Below, one piece after another: positions 7,896 through 16,820 of a stretch of 25,833 nt of DNA (its first letter is position 1; the number at the start of each line of letters is the position of its first letter). Made by a program: the position numbers and the translations under genes. This DNA is from Candidatus Bipolaricaulia bacterium (GTDB lineage Bacteria; Bipolaricaulota; Bipolaricaulia; JBHIAT01). The notes under the pieces are model-generated. The model made no database searches, had not been told where the DNA came from, and was given only the letters and a program-made list of their open reading frames with translations. The stretch covers positions 1 to 25,833 of the forward strand of contig JBHIAT010000034.1 of the NCBI GenBank assembly GCA_046758705.1, given 5' to 3'.

Positions 7896-8342
7896 ATGGC
7901 ACACGTGACCCCAGAGCTTGTAGGCAAGGCGTATGAAGCTTTGGCTTCAGGTGACAAGGAGCGGATCAAGGAGTATTGGGCCGAGGATATGGTCTGGCTT
8001 GTGCCCGGCCACAACCCGCTCTCGGGCTGGTACCATGGCTTGGACGAGTTCCTCGGCTTCATGGGCCAAGTTGGAGAGCTGTCTAACAACAGTTTCAACA
8101 TGGAGTCCATCGCCGTCATGACCAGCGATGAGTATTCCGCTGACGTCACGTACAATGAGGGGTATCGCGGTGGGGATAAGAGCGGGGAGGTGCCCTACCG
8201 GAAGCTTGCCATCGATGTCGTCCACGTGCTTCGCTGGCGTGATGGCAAGGTGATCGAGGGCCGGGGAGCCATCTTCGCGGATGGCACCACCGAGTACGAC
8301 CAGTTCTGGGCCCCTGTCGGTCCTGAGGGTCGAAGAGCTTAA
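7896..8342 (+). CDS. NTF2/SnoaL-like protein
   Basis: AYEALASGD...WAEDMVWLVPGHNPLSGWYHG...RWRDGKVIE; related to the preceding gene. Start at ATG 7896 after AAGGAG. Confidence 0.86.
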   Translation: MAHVTPELVGKAYEALASGDKERIKEYWAEDMVWLVPGHNPLSGWYHGLDEFLGFMGQVGELSNNSFNMESIAVMTSDEYSADVTYNEGYRGGDKSGEVPYRKLAIDVVHVLRWRDGKVIEGRGAIFADGTTEYDQFWAPVGPEGRRA

Positions 8343-8367
8343 CCATACAAAGGAGGAGGGAACTTGC

Positions 8368-8649
8368 ATGCCTATCATTAATGTCAAATTTATCGGAGAG
8401 GGAGCCGTCGCTACCGATGAGCAGAAGCAGGAGTTGATCGTAAAACTCACCGATGCGTTCGTTTCCGTCCTCGGTGACGTCGTGCGGCCGTTTACCTATG
8501 TGGTGATCGACGAGACGCCACCGATGCAGTGGGGGATTGCTGGAAAGCCCATGCCCGACCTGCCATATCTGATCAGCGAGGAGCACGCGGCGGTCATCAA
8601 TAAGGCGAACGAAATTATGGCCGCGTACGTCGAGCAGCAGGGAGGATAA
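8368..8649 (+). CDS. 4-oxalocrotonate tautomerase-family protein
   Basis: Starts MPIINVK (catalytic Pro-1 after Met removal), TDEQKQELI..LTDA, VVIDE...WGIAG. RBS AGGAGG before ATG 8368; the longer ORF-track start at 8281 overlaps the previous gene. Confidence 0.88.
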   Translation: MPIINVKFIGEGAVATDEQKQELIVKLTDAFVSVLGDVVRPFTYVVIDETPPMQWGIAGKPMPDLPYLISEEHAAVINKANEIMAAYVEQQGG

Positions 8650-8652
8650 CTC

Positions 8653-9093
8653 ATGTCAGCAACAGAAGCAAACAAGGATCTCTTTCACCGTTGGTTTGGC
8701 GAGGCCTGGAACAAGGGGAACTATGACGTAGCCTATGAAGTCGTCGATTCTGACTTCACCGTCCATGGTGCTGGCGGTCAAGAGGTAAAGCAGGGTCCTG
8801 AGGGCGTCATCGAACTCATCAAAACGTGGCGCAACGCCTTCCCCGATGGCCAGATGACGATTGATGACCTGATCGCCGAGGGGGATCTGGTGGTGGCTCG
8901 CCTGACATGGCGTGGCACACACCAAGGGGAGTTCTATGGCATCGCCCCGACCGGCAATCAGGTTGCGGTGACGTCGATCGGCATCGATCGCATTGTTGAC
9001 GGCAAGATCGTGGAAGGCTGGGGCGAAGTGGACATGCTGGGTATGATGCAACAGCTCGGTGTGGTCCCCCCGCCGGGGGAAGGTGGGGAGTAG
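8653..9093 (+). CDS. SnoaL-like ester cyclase (copy 1)
   Basis: NK..F.RWF.EAWNKGN, AFPD, IAEGDLV, GTHQGEFYGIAPTG, DGKIVEGW, MMQQLG. Confidence 0.92.
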   Translation: MSATEANKDLFHRWFGEAWNKGNYDVAYEVVDSDFTVHGAGGQEVKQGPEGVIELIKTWRNAFPDGQMTIDDLIAEGDLVVARLTWRGTHQGEFYGIAPTGNQVAVTSIGIDRIVDGKIVEGWGEVDMLGMMQQLGVVPPPGEGGE

Positions 9094-9147
9094 GGAATAC
9101 CCCTGGAGGGCCCACTCAACTATGCGCTGAGTCAGCAAGGAGGATAT

Positions 9148-9576
9148 ATGTCAACGGAAGAGAACAAGGCGATCATGCGCCGTATGATCGAAGAGCTCTG
9201 GAACCAGGGGAATATGGACGTTGCAGACGAGCTGTTCGCTCCTGACCATACCAGCCCCAGTGCCCCTGATCTACCCCCGGGTTCGGAGGGTGTCAAAATC
9301 ATCACCACCATGTTCCGTAACGCCATGCCCGACTACCATATGACGATCGATTTCATGGTCGCCGAGGGAGATCAAGTGGCCGCCCGCTTTACCCAAAGCG
9401 GCACCCATACCGGTGGCGATCTCATGGGTATCGCCCCGACCGACAAGAAAGCAACGTGGACGGAGATCGGCATCCTGCGCATCAAGGATGGCAAGATCGT
9501 GGAAAGCTGGTATGAGGTCGATATGATGAGCCTGATGCAACAGCTCGGCGTGATCCCGCCGATAGGTGAGGGATAA
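9148..9576 (+). CDS. SnoaL-like ester cyclase (copy 2)
   Basis: MSTEENKA, AMPD, VAEGDQV, GTHTGG.LMGIAPT, DGKIVESW, LMQQLG. Confidence 0.92.
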   Translation: MSTEENKAIMRRMIEELWNQGNMDVADELFAPDHTSPSAPDLPPGSEGVKIITTMFRNAMPDYHMTIDFMVAEGDQVAARFTQSGTHTGGDLMGIAPTDKKATWTEIGILRIKDGKIVESWYEVDMMSLMQQLGVIPPIGEG

Positions 9577-9610
9577 CCCGTGGAGAATCCAACAGTAAGG
9601 AGGATATCCC

Positions 9611-10045
9611 ATGTCAACAGAAGAGAACAAGGCGGTCATGCTGCGCTTCATTGAGGCGGTCAACGACTGGAATCCGGATAAGTTAAGGGGGATCGTGGAT
9701 GTAGACAACTACATCGAAAACAATCCCGCTTGGGGTGCGATCAACTTCGAGGCCGCCGTTCAAACGTACGAAATGATCCGGGCCGCCATGCCCGATGTTC
9801 GTTTCGATCCGGATACCGATATCATGGTCGCCGAAGGGGACAAGGTCGCGGCCCGTGGGACCGTCAGCGGAACACACACCGGTGGCGAGCTGTTTGGTGT
9901 CCCGCTAAGTGGCAAGAAGTTGACCTGGACGGGGATCGACGTTGTCCGCATCGCTGACGGCAAGATCGTGGAGCGTTGGCTTTGTGCCGATATCATGAGC
10001 CTGATGCAGCAGCTCGGTGTGATCCCGCCGCCAGGTGAGGAGTAA
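9611..10045 (+). CDS. SnoaL-like ester cyclase (copy 3)
   Basis: MSTEENKA, AMPD, VAEGDKV, GTHTGG.LFG, DGKIVERW, LMQQLG. Confidence 0.92.
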   Translation: MSTEENKAVMLRFIEAVNDWNPDKLRGIVDVDNYIENNPAWGAINFEAAVQTYEMIRAAMPDVRFDPDTDIMVAEGDKVAARGTVSGTHTGGELFGVPLSGKKLTWTGIDVVRIADGKIVERWLCADIMSLMQQLGVIPPPGEE

Positions 10046-10066
10046 CCTAAGGAAGGAGGATATTGG

Positions 10067-10495
10067 ATGTCAGTCGAAGAGAACAAGGCTCTCGTTCGTC
10101 GTTTCATAGAGGAGATCTGGAGACAAGGGAAGCTCGATCGGCTGAACGATTTTTTTGCGACTGACTATGCCGATTACAGTTTTGACCCCCGGCAGGCCGT
10201 CGACCGCGAGGGGCTCAGAGAATTCCTCGCCATGTTCCGCAATGCGTTTCACGATCTCAAGTACGATCTTCATGACATGATCGCCGAAGGGGACAAGGTC
10301 GTGAGTCGAGATACCGTTCGCGCCACTCACAAAGGCGAATTCATGGGCATCCCGCCAACTGGCAAGCGAGTGGAGGTAACGGCGATCCACATCCTTCGGA
10401 TCGCGGATGGCAAGATCGTGGAACATTGGGGCAACACGGATCAACTGGGCCTGATGCAGCAGCTTAGCGTGATCCCGTCACCGGGTGAGGAGTAA
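10067..10495 (+). CDS. SnoaL-like ester cyclase (copy 4)
   Basis: MSVEENKA, AFHD, IAEGDKV, THKGEFMGIPPTGK, DGKIVEHW, LMQQL. Confidence 0.92.
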   Translation: MSVEENKALVRRFIEEIWRQGKLDRLNDFFATDYADYSFDPRQAVDREGLREFLAMFRNAFHDLKYDLHDMIAEGDKVVSRDTVRATHKGEFMGIPPTGKRVEVTAIHILRIADGKIVEHWGNTDQLGLMQQLSVIPSPGEE

Positions 10496-10547
10496 TTTGC
10501 TAAGGCATTTGTAAAAAGCTTTAAAATAGGGTATTAAGAGTAGAAAT

Positions 10548-11594
10548 ATGCAAACTCTAAAATTTTCTGGGCTCGATGACTTCCGTTTATTGGGTCGAAG
10601 CGGTCTGCGCGTATCCCCGCTGTGCTTGGGTACCATGACGTTTGGTACCGATTGGGGTTGGGGCGCTGACCAAGACGAGTGTCGAAAGATGTTCGACCTG
10701 TATGTCGAACGAGGCGGTAACTTGATCGATACCGCCAACAATTACACGCATGGAACCAGCGAAACCTTCCTGGGAGAGTTCATCGGATCCCGCCGGGATC
10801 AGTTGGTGGTTACGACCAAATACTCGCTCAATATGCGGCGAGGCGACCCGAATGCAGGCGGAAATCACCGAAAAAATCTCGTTCAATCGGTTGAGGCGAG
10901 TCTCAAACGCCTGAAAACAGATTATATCGATATTTATTATCTACATGCTTGGGAATTTCGCACACCAATTGAAGAGGTCATGCGGGCTTTGGACGATTTG
11001 GTTCGATCGGGAAAGGTGCTGTATCTAGGAATTTCCGATGTACCGGCCTGGAAAGTCTCTCAGGCGAATACCATCGCCGACCTGAGAGGTTGGACACCTT
11101 TTATTGCGCTTCAAGCTCAATACAGTTTGGTCGAACGAAGTGCTGAGCGCGATTTGATCTCCATGGCCCAAGAGCTAAATATCGGGGTTATGGCCTGGGG
11201 GCCCCTTGCCGGAGGTGTGCTGACCGGAAAGTACAATCGCAATGCTACAAAGGACGATAAAGTTGGACGGAGGAACGTGAGCCACAGACTGACTGAAAGA
11301 AACCTGGCCATTGCTGAAGCCGTTCAGCAAATAGCCGAAGAGGTGGGTCGTTCTCCGGCTCAAGTTTCAATCCAGTGGTTGCTAAACAAACCGGGCGTCG
11401 TGATCCCGATCCTCGGCGCTCGTACCGCAAAACAGTTGGAAGATAATCTCGGATGTTTGGATTTTTCGCTCTTGTCTGAGCAAATCGAGAGGTTAGACGA
11501 TGTGAGCAGGATCGATTTGGGATTTCCCCACAGTTTTCTCGCCGATGACTCGATAAAGAACCTGATTACGGGTGGGGTAACGATCAAAGAATAG
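10548..11594 (+). CDS. Aldo/keto reductase
   Basis: LGRSGLRVSPLCLGTMTFG; catalytic tetrad D (IDTAN), Y (NNY), K (TTKY), H (LHAW); SLKRLKTDYID; PILGAR. Confidence 0.95.
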   Translation: MQTLKFSGLDDFRLLGRSGLRVSPLCLGTMTFGTDWGWGADQDECRKMFDLYVERGGNLIDTANNYTHGTSETFLGEFIGSRRDQLVVTTKYSLNMRRGDPNAGGNHRKNLVQSVEASLKRLKTDYIDIYYLHAWEFRTPIEEVMRALDDLVRSGKVLYLGISDVPAWKVSQANTIADLRGWTPFIALQAQYSLVERSAERDLISMAQELNIGVMAWGPLAGGVLTGKYNRNATKDDKVGRRNVSHRLTERNLAIAEAVQQIAEEVGRSPAQVSIQWLLNKPGVVIPILGARTAKQLEDNLGCLDFSLLSEQIERLDDVSRIDLGFPHSFLADDSIKNLITGGVTIKE

Positions 11595-11602
11595 GGGGTA
11601 AG

Positions 11603-11983
11603 ATGGACACTCAAGGGGTGATATCGAAGTACTATGAGTCGGTCAACGCCGGAGATTGGGACGCATGGCTTGAGCTCTTCGACGACGATATCGTGATGGA
11701 CGAGCAATTGGCCGGCCATCTCGAAGGCATTGACGTGTTGAGAGGCGCGATCGGCGGTCTCGAGAAAGGTTATTCCAGGTTCCAGAATCATCCCAAGCAC
11801 ATTGTGATCGACGGGGACGAAGCCTGTGTTGTCTCGCACATCTCGGCAGCCAACGCTGGCGGTGTGCCGATTGAGGCTGACGTCGCCAACTATTTCAGAG
11901 TGGAGAACGACAGGATCACCTACATGGCGAACTTCCATGACTCTGTGCCGTTTAAGCCGTTTCTCGAGCAGGATCTGAGCTAA
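11603..11983 (+). CDS. NTF2/SnoaL-like protein
   Basis: ISKYYESVNAGDWDAWLELFDDD...IVIDGDEA...YFRVENDRI...FHD. Confidence 0.88.
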   Translation: MDTQGVISKYYESVNAGDWDAWLELFDDDIVMDEQLAGHLEGIDVLRGAIGGLEKGYSRFQNHPKHIVIDGDEACVVSHISAANAGGVPIEADVANYFRVENDRITYMANFHDSVPFKPFLEQDLS

Positions 11984-12018
11984 ACAGAGCGTCAAGAACT
12001 TCACGACAAGGAGTTGAA

Positions 12019-13551
12019 ATGAGTGAATACGATTTCATCGTCGTAGGCGCAGGTTCGGCAGGGTCGGCGGTGGCCAACCGACTCAGCGAAAACCCTGGGG
12101 TAGATGTGCTGGTCTTGGAGGCCGGTGGCTCCGAAATCTCCCCCAATGTTGAGAATCCCTCAGTATGGTATACCTTGCTCGGTTCGGAGGTGGACTGGGG
12201 CTATCAAAGTGTTCCACAGCCAGCCTTGGACGGTCGGGTCACCAACGAGCCGCGCGGCAAGATCATCGGCGGAAGCAGCCAGTTATACCTCATGATGCAC
12301 ATCCGGGGGCATCCGTCGGATTATGACAACTGGGCTTATAACGGTTGCCCTGGCTGGTCCTACCAGGATGTGCTGCCCTACTTCCAGAAGCTGGAAGATC
12401 AGGAAGATGACACCAGCGAGTGGGTCGGCAAAGGCGGAGCAGTCAGCTTAATCAACGCCAAACTGCACAACCCGAACCCGACCTCTGAGGCGTTCATCAA
12501 TGCCTGCCTCGAGTTGGGCTATCCCTATACCGAGGACTTCAATGGCCCGAACATGGAGGGGGTCGGCTGGCACCACGTCAACATCAAGGACGGCAAGCGC
12601 CACAGTACGGCCGTAGCCTATCTCAATCCGGCTTTGGAGCGGCCAAATCTCACCCTGAGTACGAACGCTCAGGCCACCCGGCTGCTGTTTGAAGGCAAGC
12701 GCTGTGTGGGCGTGGAGTACAGCCAGGACGGTGAGGCCAAGACCGCTCGTGCTAACCATGAGGTGATCGTCTGTGGCGGAGCACTTGAATCCCCTAAGCT
12801 GCTGCTCCTTTCCGGTATCGGCAATCCCAATCACTTGAAGGAGTTCGATATTCCCGTGATCGCTGATCTGCCCGGTGTGGGTGAAAATTTTCACAATCAT
12901 GTGCTGACGGGTGTGATCTGCGAAGCGTCGCAACCGGTGCCGCCGGGCAACCTGAACCTGTCGGAAAGCGCGCTGTTCTGCAAGTCAGATCCGGGCTGGA
13001 TCGGACCCGACCTGCAGATCGGCTTTGTCCACGTCCCGTTTGACATCATCATCGGCCAGGGTCACCCGAACTCGTTCACCATCCTGCCCGGTGTTGTTCG
13101 CCCCATGTCGCGCGGTTGGATCAGGCTGGCCAGCAACGACCCCCTGGATAAGCCGCTGGTCAATCCGAACTACCTCGGTGTCCAAGTCGACGTCGACCGA
13201 TTGGTGCAAGGCGTCAAGATCGCCCGCGATATTTTTGCAACCCAGGCGTTCTCAAGCTGGGTCGGGGAGGAGTTGCTGCCGGGACCGGACGTTCAAAGTG
13301 ATGATCAACTGCGCGCGTTTGCCAGGCAAAGGGCCGACTCCTACCATCACCAGGCTGGGTCGTGCAAGATGGGCTGTGATAGTATGGCGGTGGTCGATCT
13401 CCAGTTGCGCGTCTATGGTGTTGAAGGGCTTCGGGTCGCTGACGCGAGTGTCATGCCCGTCGTCCCCTCGGGAAACTGCCACGCGGGCATCCTGATGATC
13501 GCTGAGAAGGTCTCCGATATGATCAAGGATGCGCATGGCTTGCATACGTGA
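12019..13551 (+). CDS. GMC-family FAD oxidoreductase
   Basis: YDFIVVGAGSAG, VLVLEAG, PRGKIIGGSS, SPKLLLLSGIG, LPGVGEN, YHHQAGSCKMG, LRVADASVMP. Confidence 0.95.
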   Translation: MSEYDFIVVGAGSAGSAVANRLSENPGVDVLVLEAGGSEISPNVENPSVWYTLLGSEVDWGYQSVPQPALDGRVTNEPRGKIIGGSSQLYLMMHIRGHPSDYDNWAYNGCPGWSYQDVLPYFQKLEDQEDDTSEWVGKGGAVSLINAKLHNPNPTSEAFINACLELGYPYTEDFNGPNMEGVGWHHVNIKDGKRHSTAVAYLNPALERPNLTLSTNAQATRLLFEGKRCVGVEYSQDGEAKTARANHEVIVCGGALESPKLLLLSGIGNPNHLKEFDIPVIADLPGVGENFHNHVLTGVICEASQPVPPGNLNLSESALFCKSDPGWIGPDLQIGFVHVPFDIIIGQGHPNSFTILPGVVRPMSRGWIRLASNDPLDKPLVNPNYLGVQVDVDRLVQGVKIARDIFATQAFSSWVGEELLPGPDVQSDDQLRAFARQRADSYHHQAGSCKMGCDSMAVVDLQLRVYGVEGLRVADASVMPVVPSGNCHAGILMIAEKVSDMIKDAHGLHT

Positions 13552-13567
13552 GTGAGATGAGAGGATC

Positions 13568-14143
13568 ATGAAACTTAAAGGCAAAAAGATTGGGATCCTG
13601 ATCGAGAGTGACTTCTATGAAAAGGAGATCTTTTACTACGAGTACCGCTTCCCAGAGGAAGGCGCCGAGCTTCACTTCCTGACCCGCCTGTGGGACCAGG
13701 AGTCTCTGACCTTCACCGGTCATGAGTATAAGATTCCGTTCGAGTGTCATGAAAGTTTTGAGAACATGGATGATAAGACGCTCAAGAGCTATTCGGCCAT
13801 CATTGTGCCGTCCGCCATGGTGGCTGATCGTCTCAGATACACCGAGGATATCAACAAACTTCCGCCGGCCACCGAGTTTCTCAAGCGGGCGTTCGCGGAG
13901 GAGCGCATCATCAAGGGGATTATCTGTCACGGCATGTGGCTGGTGGCTCCAGTGCCGGAACTGGTTCGAGGGCGACGGGTCGTCGCTCATAACAACCTGC
14001 TCGGTGACGTAAAGAACATGGGCGCCATCTATACCGACCAGGATGTCGTGGTCGACGGTGATTTGGTGACGGGGCGTACGGGCGGCCATTGCCATCTGTT
14101 TGCGCGCAAGATCATCGACATACTGGCCGACGAAGTAGGATAA
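13568..14143 (+). CDS. DJ-1/PfpI family protein
   Basis: LKGKKIGILI...FYEKE, nucleophile elbow GIICHG, DQDVVVDGDLVTGR. Confidence 0.92.
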   Translation: MKLKGKKIGILIESDFYEKEIFYYEYRFPEEGAELHFLTRLWDQESLTFTGHEYKIPFECHESFENMDDKTLKSYSAIIVPSAMVADRLRYTEDINKLPPATEFLKRAFAEERIIKGIICHGMWLVAPVPELVRGRRVVAHNNLLGDVKNMGAIYTDQDVVVDGDLVTGRTGGHCHLFARKIIDILADEVG

Positions 14144-14167
14144 AGAAGTAGGATAAAGAGGTGAACC

Positions 14168-14602
14168 GTGGCTTCTTTGAGGTTTTCTCACACAGCAATC
14201 GCCTGCAAGGATCCGATCGCGGTCGAGCGTTTCTATACCCAATACTTCGGCTTCAAGCGGGCGCGAGTCTTACCTCTCGGCGAAGAGCAGATTGTCTTCA
14301 TCAAGTCGGGGGACGTCTACCTTGAGATTTTCCAGGCCAAGGAAGAGGCACCTGTGCCGGCACCTGAAAACGATGGGCCGTGGTACCCCGGCTGGCGTCA
14401 CATTGCCTTTCAGGTGGACGACGTCGATGCCAAGTTGGCCGAGATAGGCGACGATGCCAACATCACCCTGGGGCCGTTGAACTTTGACGACTTCATACCC
14501 GGGTGGCGCACCGTTTGGGTCGCCGACCCCGAGGGCAATATCGTCGAGATAACCCAGGGATACACGGATGAGGATCATCCACCGATTATCGGTTCAACTT
14601 GA
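14168..14602 (+). CDS. VOC/glyoxalase-family metalloprotein
   Basis: GTG start after GAGGTG; H/E/H/E metal ligand pattern (FSHTA, YLEIF, RHIAF, DPEGNIVE). Confidence 0.92.
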   Translation: MASLRFSHTAIACKDPIAVERFYTQYFGFKRARVLPLGEEQIVFIKSGDVYLEIFQAKEEAPVPAPENDGPWYPGWRHIAFQVDDVDAKLAEIGDDANITLGPLNFDDFIPGWRTVWVADPEGNIVEITQGYTDEDHPPIIGST

Positions 14603-14623
14603 CTCTGGGAGGAGGAAAGCATA

Positions 14624-16441
14624 ATGGATCACATGAGCTTCTCGTTTTCGGACACGATTGCCGGGTACGTGACCCAGGTTGACTCGGACAAGAGAACCTT
14701 CGGCCTCAAGACGAGCGATGGGAGAGAGTTCCAGGTTGCCTTAACCCCGACCACCTATGCAGAGCTGGTGCGCAATCTGGGGGAGCCTTTTCATGACGGT
14801 ACCGGTCAGATGGGGGATATGCTCGTCCCCAATCGGTACTTGTTTGCGTATGGTGTTTTCTATCCTGAGGGCGACGAGCACAACTTTGAAGCCAAGCATC
14901 TGATCTTCCTGGGCCGGAAAGCGGACCAGTATCGTTTCGAGAAACAAGACTGGTGGATCAAGCAGGTGCATGCGCTGGGCGATTTTTACCTGGAATCGGA
15001 GTTTGGGGAGCGCGAAATTGATTTTCGGGGCTATCGCACCCAATTGTCTCTGGGGGGGGCCAAGACAGAGGATGTCCGCCAGGAAACCGACACCATTTCG
15101 CGCTTGGTCTACGGTTTTGCCTCGGCCTACTTGATGACCGGGGAAGACCGTTACCTGGAGGCTGCCGAGAAAGGGACCGAATATCTGCGCGACCACATGC
15201 GTTTTGTTGACGTGGACGAAGGGATCGTCTACTGGTACCACGCGATTGATGTGAGGGGGCAGCTTGACGATAAAATCTTCGCTTCGGAATTCGGGGATGA
15301 TTATGACGCGATCCCGGCGTATGAACAGATCTACGCGCTGGCCGGTCCCACCCAAACCTACCGGGCGACCGGTGATCCGCTGATTCTGAGCGATATCGAG
15401 CGGACCATGGACCTGTTCAGCCGCTTTTTCCTGGACCAGGAAGGAGAAGGATACTTTTCACACATCGATCCGATCACCCTCGATCCCCGCAGCGAGACGT
15501 TGGGCCCCAACCGGGCGCGCAAGAACTGGAACTCCGTCGGCGATCACGCGCCGGCCTATCTGATCAATCTGTGGCTGGCGACCGGCGAGGAGCAGTACGC
15601 GGACATGCTGGCCTACTGCGCGGACGCGATCGAAAAACATTTCCCGGATTATCAGCATAGTCCGTTTGTTCAGGAGCGGTTCCGCGAGGATTGGAGCCAC
15701 GACACGACATGGGGGTGGCAGCAAAACCGCGCCGTCGTGGGGCACAACCTCAAAATTGCCTGGAACCTGATGCGCATCCACCACCTGCGCCCCAAGGACC
15801 GGTACGCGGCCCTGGCCCGAAGGATCGCGGAGGTCATGCCCGCAGCCGGCAGTGACCAACAGCGTGGCGGGTGGTACGACGTCATGGAGCGCTTACTGGG
15901 CGAAGGAGAAGAGGTCCATCGCTATGTATGGCATGACCGTAAAGCCTGGTGGCAGCAAGAACAGGCGATCTTGGCCTACCTGATCCTGGCCGGTTCCCTG
16001 GGGGATCCTGAATATCTCCGATTGGCGCGTGAATCGTCGGCGTTCTACAACGCTTTCTTCCTCGACCACGACGCCGGCGGTGTTTACTTCAACGTTCTGG
16101 CCAATGGCCTTCCCTACCTGCTGGGGACCGAGCGGTTCAAAGGCAGCCATTCGATGAGCGGTTATCACTCGTTCGAACTGGCCTACCTGGCCGCCGTCTA
16201 TACTAACCTGCTGATCACCAAGCAGCCGATGGATTTCTACTTTAAGCCCAAGCCGGGAGGGTTTAAGGATCGTATCTTGCGGGTTCAGCCAGACATTCTT
16301 CCGCCCGGCAGCGTAAGCATCGGTGAGGTGTGGGCCAACGGGGAAGCGTATTCCGATTTCGACGCGGACGGCCTGACGGTCAAACTGCCGGACACGAAAG
16401 AAGCGTTGAGGATCAAGGTCCGCATCGTTCCCAACCAGTAG
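14624..16441 (+). CDS. AGE (N-acylglucosamine 2-epimerase) superfamily protein, Slr1855-like
   Basis: SRLVYGFASAY..TG...YL..A..G..YL, GHNLKIAW, KAWWQQEQA, KG.H...YHS. Extra N- and C-terminal beta domains. Confidence 0.85.
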   Translation: MDHMSFSFSDTIAGYVTQVDSDKRTFGLKTSDGREFQVALTPTTYAELVRNLGEPFHDGTGQMGDMLVPNRYLFAYGVFYPEGDEHNFEAKHLIFLGRKADQYRFEKQDWWIKQVHALGDFYLESEFGEREIDFRGYRTQLSLGGAKTEDVRQETDTISRLVYGFASAYLMTGEDRYLEAAEKGTEYLRDHMRFVDVDEGIVYWYHAIDVRGQLDDKIFASEFGDDYDAIPAYEQIYALAGPTQTYRATGDPLILSDIERTMDLFSRFFLDQEGEGYFSHIDPITLDPRSETLGPNRARKNWNSVGDHAPAYLINLWLATGEEQYADMLAYCADAIEKHFPDYQHSPFVQERFREDWSHDTTWGWQQNRAVVGHNLKIAWNLMRIHHLRPKDRYAALARRIAEVMPAAGSDQQRGGWYDVMERLLGEGEEVHRYVWHDRKAWWQQEQAILAYLILAGSLGDPEYLRLARESSAFYNAFFLDHDAGGVYFNVLANGLPYLLGTERFKGSHSMSGYHSFELAYLAAVYTNLLITKQPMDFYFKPKPGGFKDRILRVQPDILPPGSVSIGEVWANGEAYSDFDADGLTVKLPDTKEALRIKVRIVPNQ

Positions 16442-16478
16442 TTCTGGATCTGGATAAGGAGGGATCAATAGATCCATA

Positions 16479-16814
16479 ATGGAGATCAACACCAAGACGG
16501 TCGAACAAGTCACCGTGGTACAGCTGACCGGTGAACTGGACGGAAGTACGGCGCCTACAGCTCAAGAGCAGATATTGCCCCTGATCCAGGAAGGGGGTCG
16601 GATCCTCCTGGATATGACCGGTGTGGCTTACATGTCCAGCGCGGGTTTGCGGATGCTGTTGTTGCTGTACCGACAGACGAGGAGTCATAACGGGCGTATC
16701 GCTTTGGTAGGTCTTTCCGAAGAGATTCAGGACACGATGTCCGTGACTGGATTCCTCGACTTTTTCACCACCCACGAGACGCTCGATTCGGGATTGGAAG
16801 CATTGAATCGCTAG
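16479..16814 (+). CDS. STAS-domain anti-sigma factor antagonist (RsbV/SpoIIAA-like) 1
   Basis: LTGELD...ILLDMTGVAYMSSAGLR with phosphoacceptor Ser; TGFLDFF. Confidence 0.93.
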   Translation: MEINTKTVEQVTVVQLTGELDGSTAPTAQEQILPLIQEGGRILLDMTGVAYMSSAGLRMLLLLYRQTRSHNGRIALVGLSEEIQDTMSVTGFLDFFTTHETLDSGLEALNR

Positions 16815-16820
16815 GAACAT

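Noticed and set aside
8653-10495. CRISPR-like, integron-like or DGR-like array
   Set aside because: The repeats are coding termini of paralogs; no attC sites, spacers, or adenine-specific TR/VR pattern seen, and the only RT fragment is group II intron type.
14132-14157. 13-bp tandem duplication GAAGTAGGATAAA x2 across a stop codon
   Set aside because: Only two units; most simply replication slippage with no coding effect.
15052-15059. G8 tract in the AGE gene as a phase-variation site
   Set aside because: In frame (Leu-Gly-Gly-Ala), short, and no evidence of length variation.
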